Shown here in pieces: positions 26,468 to 37,671 of a stretch of 64,000 nt of DNA (position 1 is the stretch's first letter; each line of letters begins with the position of its first letter). The position numbers and the translations under genes are program-made. Under the pieces are notes generated by a model that was given only the letters and a program-made list of their open reading frames with translations, had not been told where the DNA came from and did no database searches. Source of the DNA: Octopus vulgaris (Eukaryota); NCBI GenBank assembly GCA_951406725.2, contig OX597839.1, positions 24,614,001-24,678,000 of the forward strand, written 5' to 3'.

Positions 26468-26830
26468 CATCATCGTTTAGCGTCCGCTTTCCATGCTGGC
26501 ATGGGTTGGACGGTTCAACTGGGGTCTGGGAGGCCAGAAGGCTGCACCAGGCCCAGTCTGATCCGGCAATGTTTCTACGGCTGGATGCCCTTCCTAACGC
26601 CAACCACTCCGTGAGTGTAGTAGGTACTTTTTATGTGCCAGACGAGGCTGGCAAATGGCCACGATTGGATGGTGCTTTTTACATGCCACCGGCACAGAGG
26701 CCTGGCGAGGCTGGCAACGGCCACAATCGGATGGTGCTTTTTGCCTTGCCACCGGCACGAGGCCAGTCGGGGCGGCGCTGGCAATGGCCACATTCGGATG
26801 GTTCTCTTATGTGTCACCGGCACTGGTATC
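26468..26830 (-). mobile_element. Family D RTE-tail element with internal ~60-bp tandem units
   Basis: Tail CATCATCGTTTAGCGTCCG; repeated GGATGGTGCTTTT...TGCCACCGGCAC. Confidence 0.75.
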
Positions 26831-26929
26831 ACAGCTGGAGAGAAAGCCCTGTATTATGTGATCCAGTTCTGTGGATCTGAGTTCTAATCCTGCTGTAGGA
26901 CGTTAGGCATTTTATACAAGGTGGGCATT

Positions 26930-27620
26930 GATAAAACTGAAAATTTGTCTTCTTGCACTGATATTTGCAGTGCCAAACAACATTGTCCAATGACTCAACA
27001 AGTGCAACAGCGCATCCAAGGACTTCAGACTTGCAGCTGATGACACCTTGAATCTCATTGCTGAGATAAGTGTAGCAGTCAACAACAGAGGCCCAGGATT
27101 TTACATCACTGGTTTCTCCCTGTCCTGCTCTATAGTTGTGAAACTTGGACACTGTCCAGGATCTTTAGGTTCCACCCGAAATCCTTTGGTATCATGAAAT
27201 TTCACAAGATTATGGATTACCATTGGTTGGATTTCGTATCCAACAAACAACTCAACTCAAAGACTGGGATGCATCCGGTGAGTCATATGATTCAGGAACC
27301 CCAGCTCAGGTTGTTTGGCCATGTTGCTCAATTTTGAGAGTCAGACCCTGCCCTTCACTAAGGATCCAGTTGGGTTGATGGCTCATTTTGGTCAACCACA
27401 TGCCACATGGTCGCAGTAGATGAAGTGGTATCGTGTACAGATAGGGACTGACTGGGACTGTATTTGATGGGTCGTTATATCTTTGTGAAGAAGACAAAGG
27501 TTTGGGTCTTTAAGTCTCTGATCCTTCCTAGGACATTGTCTGGGCGCTTTTGGGAGCCATCTTGAACCCCTTTTGTACCAGGACGTTTTGTAGGATTATG
27601 GGTTACCATTGGTCAGAATT
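26930..27620. mobile_element. Scrambled, decayed RTE LINE fragments
   Basis: PVLLYSCETWTLS near 27115-27160, QLRLFGHVA near 27300-27330, CRIMGYHWS near 27590-27615. Confidence 0.5.
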
Positions 27621-27790
27621 TATAGCTTGGTGTCAAACAGTTCTTCAGAGACCTAACCCTGAATGGCTCTAAAGCTAAACAATGGCGTTTAAAGAATGTC
27701 AGGTATTTCTAATACCCTAGTCACATTCAGTGACAATTATATATATATATATATATATAAGCGAGAATGAAGCAACAAGAATGGATAGGT

Positions 27791-27881
27791 TTTTAGTACA
27801 ATCGTTTCATACAAGGACAGGTTTTATTAAAAGTTGCAAAAATTACAGCATATAAACGTGTCCCGTACTCATCAGCTAAAA
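27791..27881 (-). ncRNA. Type-I hammerhead ribozyme motif (inverted copy)
   Basis: Reverse complement of 28221-28311. Confidence 0.75.
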
Positions 27882-28220
27882 TACATCTATTTGTGCATCT
27901 ATACAAAGGATTAATTCACCCTCTCTGTAATGCTAATAAGCAGGAATTGAAACCCACCTCGTTGTAATTAACAATGGATAAATTTGCTTTCTGTGAGTAT
28001 GTAATCCCTCATCATATCTCTGGAAATTCATATGTGCACTATGGATTGGGTCACCTTCTCTGTGATGCTATTAAGACTTTTTTAAAATTCTGTGATAAGA
28101 CTGTACATCATCTTTAAAGAACTTTAATGAACTTTTGAAATCTGTTTATGTTACTTAATTATCTACATTACTTCATGAGTATAGCCTCAACCACTAGGAT
28201 GTCTAGAGAACTCACATGTA

Positions 28221-28311
28221 TTTTAGCTGATGAGTACGGGACACGTTTATATGCTGTAATTTTTGCAACTTTTAATAAAACCTGTCCTTGTATGAAACGA
28301 TTGTACTAAAA
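28221..28311 (+). ncRNA. Type-I hammerhead ribozyme motif
   Basis: TTTTAG-CTGATGA-GTACGGGACA...TGTCCTTGTAT-GAAAC-GATT-GTA-CTAAAA; 6-bp stem I; predicted cleavage after GUA at 28305. Confidence 0.8.
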
Positions 28312-28454
28312 ACCTATCCATTCTTGTTGCTTCATTCTCGCTTATAATCACCCCACATTACTGTATTGTTAAATCAGTATAGTTTTTTTTGGTGCATCTA
28401 AGTTAGGTACCATATTCAAGTAAATTCATTTAAATTAACTTGAATCTTTATTGC

Positions 28455-28489
<35 letters not shown>

Positions 28490-28912
28490 AACCAAATCAA
28501 AATAGATGAACATCAATGGAATTTGTATCTTTGTGGTACCAGTGCCGGTGGCACATAAGAGAACCATCCGAACGTGGCTGTAGCCAGTACCACATCGACT
28601 GGCCTCCGTGCTGTGGGCACGTAACAAACACCATCCGATCGTGGCCGTTCGCCAGCCTTGTCTGGCACCTGTGTCTGTGGCACATAAAATACACCATCCG
28701 AGCGTGGCCGTCTGCCAGCCTCGTCTGGCACCTGTGTCGGTGTCACATAAAATCCCCCACTACACTCTCGGAGTGGTTGGCGTTAGGAAAGGCACCCAGC
28801 TGTAGAAACACTGCCAGATCTGACTGGCCTGGTGCAGCCTTCGGGCTCCCCAGACCCCAGTTGAACTGTCCAACCCATGCTAGCATGGAAAGCGGACGTT
28901 AAACGATGATGA

Positions 28913-28915
<3 letters not shown>
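28490..28915 (+). mobile_element. Family D RTE-tail element
   Basis: Internal tandem units and tail GGACGTTAAACGATGATGATG. Confidence 0.8.
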
Positions 28916-28955
<40 letters not shown>

Positions 28956-28959
<4 letters not shown>

Positions 28960-29269
28960 CGTGATCACCATGACCAACCAGGCTATCAGATGTTGTTACA
29001 CATCGCTGATCATAATGCGCTTCGCATTGTTTTTTTAGCCTTCAAATGATGCCACCCCGCTGGCTAAGCGAGCAGGCCAACAGAAGAAAGAGTGAGAGAA
29101 AGTTGTGGGGAAAGAGTACAGCGGGAATCCCCACCACCCCCCTGCCGGAGCCGCGTGCACCTTTTAGGTGTTTTCGCTCAATAAACACTCACAACACCCG
29201 GTCTGAGAATCGAAACTGCGATCCTACAACCGCGAGTCCGCTGCCCTAACTACTGGGCCATTGCGCCTC
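28956..29269 (-). mobile_element. SINE with family B head and a different 3' half
   Basis: 29085-29269 matches family B; 28956-29084 does not. Confidence 0.7.
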
Positions 29270-29336
<67 letters not shown>

Positions 29337-29502
29337 CAGGAGTGGCTGTGTGGTAAGAAGCTTGCTTCTTTAAACAATTGGTTCTGGGTTCAGTCCCACA
29401 GCATGGCACCTTGGGAAAGTGTCTTCTACCATAGCCTCGGGCTGACCAAAGTGTTGTCAGTGAGTAGATTTGGTAGACAGAAACTGAAAGAAGCCCGTCA
29501 CA

Positions 29503-29545
<43 letters not shown>

Positions 29546-29550
<5 letters not shown>

Positions 29551-29968
29551 TATAAACAAGGGGAAAAGAAAAAAGATTTCTATGCCAATATGCTGAGAAT
29601 AGACTTTAAATCGTCAATCATCACATTACAATATACATTCACCATAATTACACGTTGTGCTGAAATCGAAGAAAGCAAGCTAACAGATTTTTAAAAAAAA
29701 TTCATTATCTCTATATTGAATCAATTTCAGGATTAATTCTGTTAGCTTGCCTTCCTCGATTTCAGCACGACGTGTATTTATGGTGAATGTATATTGTAAT
29801 GTGGTGATTGACGATTTAAAGTCTATTCTCAGCATATTGGCATAGAAATCTTTTATTCTTTTGCCCTTTGTTTATAATTGTTTATAATTTTCACCTTTAA
29901 AGGTATTTTAATATGCTGCCACTTCGATGGAATTTTTTGGGGAAAAAAATTTTATCCTATATTAGAAG

Positions 29969-29972
<4 letters not shown>
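29546..29972. repeat. Fold-back cassette in (TA)n (~140-bp imperfect inverted repeat plus tail)
   Basis: 29546-29687 is the imperfect reverse complement of 29738-29881. Confidence 0.85.
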
Positions 29973-29999
<27 letters not shown>

Positions 30000-30000
30000 T

Positions 30001-30466
30001 TCGAAATCGAAATCGGAATCGAAATTGAACCAATCCTATGACTGGCACCTGGCAGATGCCAAGACCCCTGGACTGGTGGTAGGTAAAAAGCACTATCCGA
30101 ATCGTGGCCGATGCCAGCGCCGCCTCGACTGGCTTTCGTGCCGGTGGCACGTAAAAAGCACCATCCGAATCGTGGCCGAAGCCAGTGCCGCCTCGACTGG
30201 CTTCTGTGCCGGTGGCACGTAAAATGTACCAATCCGACCGTGGCCGATGCCAGCCTCACCTGACACCAGTGCAGGTGGCACGTAAAAAGCACCCACTACA
30301 CTCACGGAGTGGTTGGCGTTAGGAAGGGCATCCAGCTGTAGAAACATTGCCAGATAAGACTGGAGCCTGGTGCAGCCTCCTGGCTTCCCAGATCCCCGGT
30401 CGAACCATCCAACCCATGCTAGCATGGAGAACGGACGTTAAACGATGATGATGATGATGATGATGA
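30001..30466 (+). mobile_element. Family D RTE-tail element
   Basis: Tandem GGCACGTAAAAAGCACCATCCGAATCGTGGCCG units and (GAT)n tail. Confidence 0.8.
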
Positions 30467-30471
30467 TATTC

Positions 30472-30891
30472 AGGTGCAGGAGTGGCTGTGTGGTAAGCAG
30501 CCTACTTTTCAACCACTACATGGCACCTTGAGCAAGTGTCCCCCGCTACAGCCCCAGGCTGACCAAAGCCCTGTGAGTGGATCTAGTAGACAGAAACCAA
30601 AGGAAGTCTGTCACATGTATTTATGTGTGTGTATATATATACACACACACACACACGTGTATGTATGTATATATCTATGCGCCTGTGTTCATCCTCCCCC
30701 CACCAAATACTGCCTAACAACCGACGCCGGTGTGCCCACATCTCCACAACTTACCAGTTCGGCAAAAGGGACCAACAGAATAAGAACTAGGCCCACAAAA
30801 ACAATTCTTGGGGGTCAATTTGTTCAACCAAAGGCGGTGCTCCAGCATGGCCGCAATCAAACGATTGAAACAAGTAAAAGAATAAAAGAAT
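30472..30891 (+). mobile_element. SINE family A copy with T>C hypermutation
   Basis: Collinear with 47138-47527 but with clustered T>C changes. Confidence 0.85.
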
Positions 30892-30964
30892 ATGGATAGA
30901 TAGAGAGATTACACACACACACACACACACACAAACACAAACACACACAACACACACAAATGGA

Positions 30965-31347
30965 ATGGAAGCACTCTGTCGGTTACGATGATGAGGGTTC
31001 CGGTTGATCCGAATCAACGGAATAGCCTGCTCATGAAATTAACGTGTAAGTGGCTGAGCACTCCACAGACACATGTACCCTTAACGTAGTTCTCGGGGAT
31101 ATTCAGTGTGACACAGAGAGTGACAAGGCCAGCCCTTTGAAATACAGGTACAACAGAAACAGGAAGAAAGAGTGAGAGAAAGTTGTGGTGAAAGAGTACA
31201 GCAGGGATCACCACCATCCCTGCCGGAGCGTCGTGGAGCTTTAGGTGTTTTCGCTCAATAAACATTCACAATGCACGGTCTGGGAATCGAAACCGCGATC
31301 CTACGACCGCGAGTCCGCTGCCCTAACCACTGGGCCATTGCGCCTCC
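30965..31347 (-). mobile_element. SINE family B
   Basis: Identity to the other family B copies. Confidence 0.9.
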
Positions 31348-32011
31348 ACTACACACAAACACACACACACGCACACACAAACACGCACACACAAACACAC
31401 ACACACACACACACAAACACAGACACACACAGAAACACACACACACACACGCACACACACACACACACACACACACGCCCATGCATCACGCATACCAAAT
31501 ACCAGCCATGCAATATTTCTGCAACAAACGTAACAAAGAGATAAATTACTCTTTTACTCTCTTTTACTCTTTTACTTGTTTCAGTCATTTGACTGCGGCC
31601 ATGCTGGAGCACCGCCTTTTGCTTATAAATAAATGCTTATTTCTTCGTTAATAAATTTCAAGACAAGATGTTGTTTTGTATTTTTCTCCAAAAACTCTTG
31701 AAAGCAAACAACAAAAAAACAACAACAACACCCACTGCCATATTGTATATGCAATGGATTTCAAAGATTGCATCCCACATCGGCTGCTCGTCCAGGCTTT
31801 TTCAATTTTAGATGTTTATTCTTTTATTTATTTATATGATGGCAATATTTATGGTTTTAGAAATTTCCTATCAACTTTCGTGTTGTGAATAATGACAAAA
31901 TGTGAGAAATGATCGAAGAAAGAATGTGGCTTTGATTGTTCTTTGTTGGAAAGAAGTTCGTAAGCCTTCATAAAAAATGTGTGAATTTAGAGTCCAGATT
32001 TGTTGGTTTAA

Positions 32012-32232
32012 CCCTTTAGCATTCAGATTACTCTGTTAAATGTAATACTTTTTCACTCAAATTGTTTTGAATTAATCATGTACTATCTTATATCTTTGAG
32101 GTTTCAATGATGTGATTGTTTATTTTTAGAATGGCACTGTAGGTTAGGTGTGAGAGGCTGGATATGGCCAGTTTGAATATAAAACATGTAGAATATATTG
32201 GGCCGGATATGGCCGGTTTAAACACTAAAGGG
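32012..32232. mobile_element. piggyBac-type MITE
   Basis: TTAA|CCCTTTAG...CTAAAGGG|TTAA: TTAA TSD and CCC/GGG termini. Confidence 0.75.
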
Positions 32233-32342
32233 TTAATAATGGAGTTTTTCGTATCTTTAGGTATTGTCCATTTGTGACAGAGTGTGTGCATCTATGTGTA
32301 CAGTCACAGACAAAAGTTTGGAACATAGGTCTGAAAATTAGA

Positions 32343-32970
32343 ATCATCATCATCATCATAATCATTTAACGTCCGTTCTCCATGCTAGCATGGGTTGGAC
32401 GGTTCGACAAGGCTGCACCAGGCTCCAGTCTGATCTGGCAGTGTTTCTACAGCTGGATGCCTTTCCTAATGCCAACCACTCCGTGAGTGTAGTGGGTGCT
32501 TTTCATGTGCCACCGGCACAGCTACCAGACAGGGCTGGCAAACGGCCATGGTCGGATGGTGCATTTTACGTTCCACCGGCACAGGGGCCAGGCGAGGCTG
32601 GCAATGGCCACGATCAGATGGTGCTTTTTACGTGCCTCCGGCACGGAATCCAGTCTAGGCGGCACTGGCATCGGCCACGTTCGGATGGTGCTTTTTATGT
32701 ACCACCGGCACAGGGATATCTTTATATTAAATGGCCAAAATTATATTTAATTTGCAATATATTATTACTTGGCCAAAATTTGGAACATACATCTGAAAAT
32801 TAGAATTTTTATATTTTATATTATATATTAATATACTTTGTATTTATTTGAATCAAATTGTACTTGAGCACAAGAATTTTAATTTTGAAAAAAATGTTCC
32901 AAAATTTTGGGCACAAATGTGTGTGTGTGTGTGTGTGTGTGAATGTCTAAAACTTTTAGTCAAAAGGAGT
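32343..32970 (-). repeat. Family D element plus AT-rich flank, duplicated in inverted orientation at 42922-43562
   Basis: Shared junction CCACCGGCACAGGGATATCTTTATATT and shared flank. Confidence 0.85.
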
Positions 32971-33224
32971 CCCCAAGAAGCTAGCCTCAACGAAAGACTT
33001 GATCCAAATGCTTTTGAGAATGTGGACCCTGTGAAGCGAAGCCAAGAACCATGTGATGATGTAAAATTAGGTGACATATTCATGTATAACCATAGTGGGT
33101 CTGAATACAGAACTCAAGGAATTGAGACAAATTACCACAAGGCATTCAGTCTGATGTTCTCAGCATTCTGTTGATCCATCATCACAGACTGGTACTTTTT
33201 TAGCCAACCCTCAAACGATGTGTT

Positions 33225-33822
33225 GGCGCCATGTAAAATGCATGGGTGCTGGTGTCACATGGAAAGCGCTCATGCTGGTTCCATATACAAAAAGGCACCC
33301 ATGCTGGATCCATGTAAAAAAGCACTGATGCTGGTGGAGCCGCATATAAAGCACTGGTGGTGGAGCCGCATATAAAGCACTGGTGGTGGAGCCGCATATA
33401 AAGCACTGGTGGTGGAGCCGCATATAAAGCACTGGTGCTGGTGCCACATATAAAGCACTCATGCTGGTGCCATGAAAAAAAACATTGTTGCTGGTGCCAC
33501 ATAAAAAGCACTGGTGCCAGTGCCCTGTCAAAACACTGGTGCCAGTGCCCTGTCAAAACACTGGTGCCAGTGCCCTGTCAAAACACTGGTGCCAGTGCCC
33601 TGTAAAAGCACTGGTGCTGGTTCCACAAAAAGCATTGGTGTTGGTGTCACGTAAAAAGCACCGGTGTCAATGCCTTGTAAAAGCACTGTGGAGTGGCATT
33701 AGGAAAGGCATCCAGTCATAGAAACCATGCCAAAGCAATGGAACTTGGGGCATCTCCTGGCCTTGCCAGCTCCTGTCAAACTATCCAACCTCATACCAGC
33801 ATGGAAAACAGACGTTAAATGA
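33225..33822 (+). mobile_element. Family D element with 26-bp and 25-bp internal minisatellites
   Basis: (GCACTGGTGGTGGAGCCGCATATAAA)n and (AAAACACTGGTGCCAGTGCCCTGTC)n, then the D tail. Confidence 0.75.
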
Positions 33823-33860
33823 TTTTATCTATCTATCTATCTATCCATATATATGTATGA

Positions 33861-33910
<50 letters not shown>

Positions 33911-33957
33911 AGATAGATAGATAGATATAGATATGTGTACATATACATATCTATCTA

Positions 33958-34278
33958 GTAAAATTTATTTGCCAACAGAATGTGGCAGTCCGATAAAGAA
34001 CGATGCTACTGTTATTTAGCTCCAGGTAAACATCTTTTCCAGTTGGCTATCGACACACAGTCTGTGTCTCACACTGAGGATGGGTAACCACTCAGAAACC
34101 ATGGTCTATGAGTATCAGGTAACGCTGGAGACGGGAGCGATGACCACCCTTGCAAACACTATATGGACACAGGCTGGGTGTTGAGGAGCCACCTGGGAAA
34201 GATGTTTTCCAGGGGATTAAACAACAGTAACATCATCCTATACAGGACTGCCACATTCTGTTGGCAAATAAACTTTAC
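33958..34278. mobile_element. MITE with ~110-bp imperfect TIRs and TA flanks
   Basis: TA|GTAAAATTTATTTGCCAACAGAATGTGGCAGTCC ... GGACTGCCACATTCTGTTGGCAAATAAACTTTAC|TA; related decayed copy near 52740-52930. Confidence 0.75.
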
Positions 34279-34357
34279 TATTTGGTACTGTTACTGTATA
34301 TCGCTCACTGAGAGATTTAAAACAAGTCGTTTCTCTCTCTCTCCCTCCGCCGCTCTC

Positions 34358-34394
<37 letters not shown>

Positions 34395-34396
<2 letters not shown>

Positions 34397-34603
34397 TTTA
34401 CTCTTTTACTTGTTTCAGTCATTTGACTGCGGCCATGCTGGAGCACTGCCTTTTAGTCGAGCAACTCGACCCCGGGACTTATTCTTTGTAAGCCCAGTAC
34501 TCATTCTATCGGTCTCTTTTTGCCGAACCGCTAAGTGACAGGGACATAAACACACCAGCATCGGTTGTCAAGCAATGCTAGGGGGACAAACACAGACACA
34601 CAA

Positions 34604-34660
<57 letters not shown>

Positions 34661-34820
34661 TACGACGGGCTTCTTTCAGTTTCCGTCTACCAAATCCGCT
34701 CACAAGGCTTTGGTCGGCCCGAAGCTATAGTAGAAGACACTTGCCCAAGGTGCCACGCAGTGGGACTGAACCCGAAACCATGTGGTTGGTTAGCAAGCTA
34801 CTTACCACACAGCCACTCTT
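34395..34820 (-). mobile_element. SINE family A
   Basis: Identity to family A. Confidence 0.9.
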
Positions 34821-34985
34821 GTATATGTGTAAAAAATATATATAAAAAAATACAAAATGGGACAAGAACGCAAAACACTCAAATAGACGACACAAAAAAA
34901 CGGACGAGTCATTCGAAGCCTCTAATCTTCAGTCAAGAACTGGATCATCCTCACAATTTCGGCTGATATATATATATATATATAT

Positions 34986-35170
34986 AACGGGAAGGTTTAC
35001 GAAAATAAACAAAAGACGAAGGCAGGTGGAGTACAAACAAACAAATGTATTAGTATAGCGCTTAGGAATAGAAAAAGTCTGTTACATTTCGAGCGTACGC
35101 TCTTCGAGAGAAAGATACACAGAAAAAAACAAGGAGAGAAAAAAAATGCGTGTAGGAGCTAACGATCTAT
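34986..35170 (-). mobile_element. Penelope-like pseudo-LTR fragment (paralog of 4851-5033)
   Basis: Sequence similarity, (TA)n flank, decayed hammerhead-like core. Confidence 0.5.
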
Positions 35171-35927
35171 CATGGCGTTCTGACTTCAGGCAGAGGTCAG
35201 AGTTCAGAGGTCAGAGTTCAGAGGTCAGACGTTAGAAGCTAGAGGGACAGTAGGGGAGATAACAGGGTCAAGTGGCTTCGTTAAATATATATACCTGTCT
35301 CTCTCTATCTCTTATCTATCAATCACTCTAGAGAGACAGACAGCCAGAACGAAAGAGAGAGAGACACAGAATGAGAGTGAGAGAGAGAGATTATCCATTT
35401 GAAAGCTCAAGACATAATCCAAGTGGAGCATACTTCAGCTGATGGCTAGACAGTGTGGCAAATCGATAGATACATGATGCATTGTGTTAGTAAAGGACGT
35501 GTCACTGAACGGAAGTTCACTGGTGGTGTTTGGTAACACATACCGCATGGGCTTCTTTCAGTTTCCGTCTACCATATCCAATCACAAGCATTTGATTAGC
35601 CAGAGGCTGTAGTATAATACACTTGCGCTCATGGTGCCACACAGCAGGACTGAACCTGGGACCATGTGGTTGGGAAGCAGACTTTTTACCCCACAGTCTC
35701 GCCTGTGCTTGTGTATATATATATATACTCTTTTACTTGCTTCAGTCATTTGACTGCGGCCATGCTGGAGCACCGCCTTTAATCAAGCAACTCGATCCCG
35801 GGATTATTCTTTGTAAGGCCAGTACTTATTCTATCGGTCTGTTTTGCCGAACCGCTAAGTGACGGGGACGTAAACACACCAGCATCGGTTGTCAAGCAAT
35901 GCTAGGGGGACAAACACAGACACACAA

Positions 35928-35987
<60 letters not shown>

Positions 35988-36065
35988 ATATATATATATA
36001 AAATTAACAGAATGAGATAAAAAATCCAAGGCAGTGACAGATTTCAGAAGATTTATAAAGGGCAG

Positions 36066-36113
36066 GTCTTACAGCTGTTTGCGGGATATTTTATATATCC
36101 CTTCATCAGAGAC
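36066..36113 (-). ncRNA. Hammerhead ribozyme motif with one core lesion, in a (TA)n-flanked insert at 36000-36142
   Basis: GTCT-CTGATGA-AGGGATAT-ATAAA-ATATCCC-GCAAAC-AGCT-GTA-AGAC; palindromic ACAGCTGT stem III; GAAA reads GCAAA. Confidence 0.65.
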
Positions 36114-36279
36114 GGTGCGAGAGAATGGTTAAACAATAGTTTATATATGTGTGTGTGTGTGTGTGTGTGAGCGTGTGTATACATACACATACATATATTG
36201 TTGTGTCTGGGAAGTGTTATTCTGTTTTAATGCCTTGTTAATTAACACACGCACTGGTTCAATTTCCACTCATTCTCTC

Positions 36280-36677
36280 TCTTTTACTCTTTTACTTGTT
36301 TCAGTCATTTGACTGCGGCCATGCTGGAGCACCGCCTTTAATCGAGCAACTCAACCCCGGGACTCATTCTTTGTAAGCCTAGTACTAATTCTATCGGTCT
36401 CTTTTGCCGAACCGCTAAGTAACGGGGACATAAACACACCAGCTTCGGTTGTCAAGCAATGCTAGGGAGACAAACACAAACATACACGCACACACACATA
36501 TATATATACATATATACGACGGGCTTCTTTCAGTTTCCATCTACCAAATCCACTCACAAGGCTTTGGTCGGCCCGAGGCTATAGTAGAAGACACTTGCCC
36601 AAGGTGCCACGCAGTGGGACTGAACCCGGAACCATGTGGTTGGTAAACAAGCTACTTACCACACAGCCACTGCGCCT
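36280..36677 (-). mobile_element. SINE family A
   Basis: Identity to family A. Confidence 0.9.
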
Positions 36678-37463
36678 ATTCATTCAATTTTTTTTTACAA
36701 ACTTTTTGTTGCTTCTTGCAATCTCTTCAAAAGTTGTTGACTATATACTTCGTGTGTGTGTGTGTGTGTGTGATAACTCCAGGTCAAGACTGACCGAAGA
36801 AACTTATGGTGAAAGACTTTCCAGCCGTGGCCATGTACTGTCTCTAGGACTACAATCATCTAAAGTTGATCCTTTCTGCAAAGGCTGCTGGCTGTTTATG
36901 CAAGGGAGATTTAGCTGCTATTTCTAGCAGATACAGCGAGCCACGCGAGAGAGGCTCTTCTCTGCTCTCTCGATATAACGATGTGATTGTATTTAAGTGT
37001 GTATGTATGTGTTTGGTCGTGTGTGTGTCTGTGTATGAGTGTGTGGGTGCATAGCTATCATATCTCGTTTCCATGTCGTGTATAATGACACCTACATGTA
37101 TACACCTACACTTATACATTCATACATACACACGCGCCGTCACGTACAGATCCTCCTTCCTACGTTGGCTTAAAGACTCAGATCGTTCACTCGTACAGAG
37201 ATACTGTTACACTCACACACACACAAACATACACATAGGTACTGCCATATATACATTCTGAGTTTCTCATTTAGATACACACAAATATATTGTTAAGTAT
37301 ACATACACACATGTATACACAGGCTCGCAAACACATACTATATAGACAGATAGATAGATAGATAGGTAGGTAGATAGGTAGATAAGTAGGTAGGTAGGTA
37401 GGTAGATAGATAGATAGGTAGGTAGGTAGATAGATAGATAGATAGGTAGATAGATAGTTAGGT

Positions 37464-37504
<41 letters not shown>

Positions 37505-37548
37505 TAGATAGATAGACAGAGAGATAGATAGGTAGATAGGTAGGTAGG

Positions 37549-37602
<54 letters not shown>

Positions 37603-37603
37603 C

Positions 37604-37671
<68 letters not shown>

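Larger units (their letters stand above)
27756..28458 (+). mobile_element. Penelope-like cassette with inverted pseudo-LTRs inserted in (TA)n
   Basis: Inverted repeat 27756-27886 / 28216-28346 with no mismatch seen, ~110-bp tail, (TA)n on both sides, hammerhead in each arm. Confidence 0.7.
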
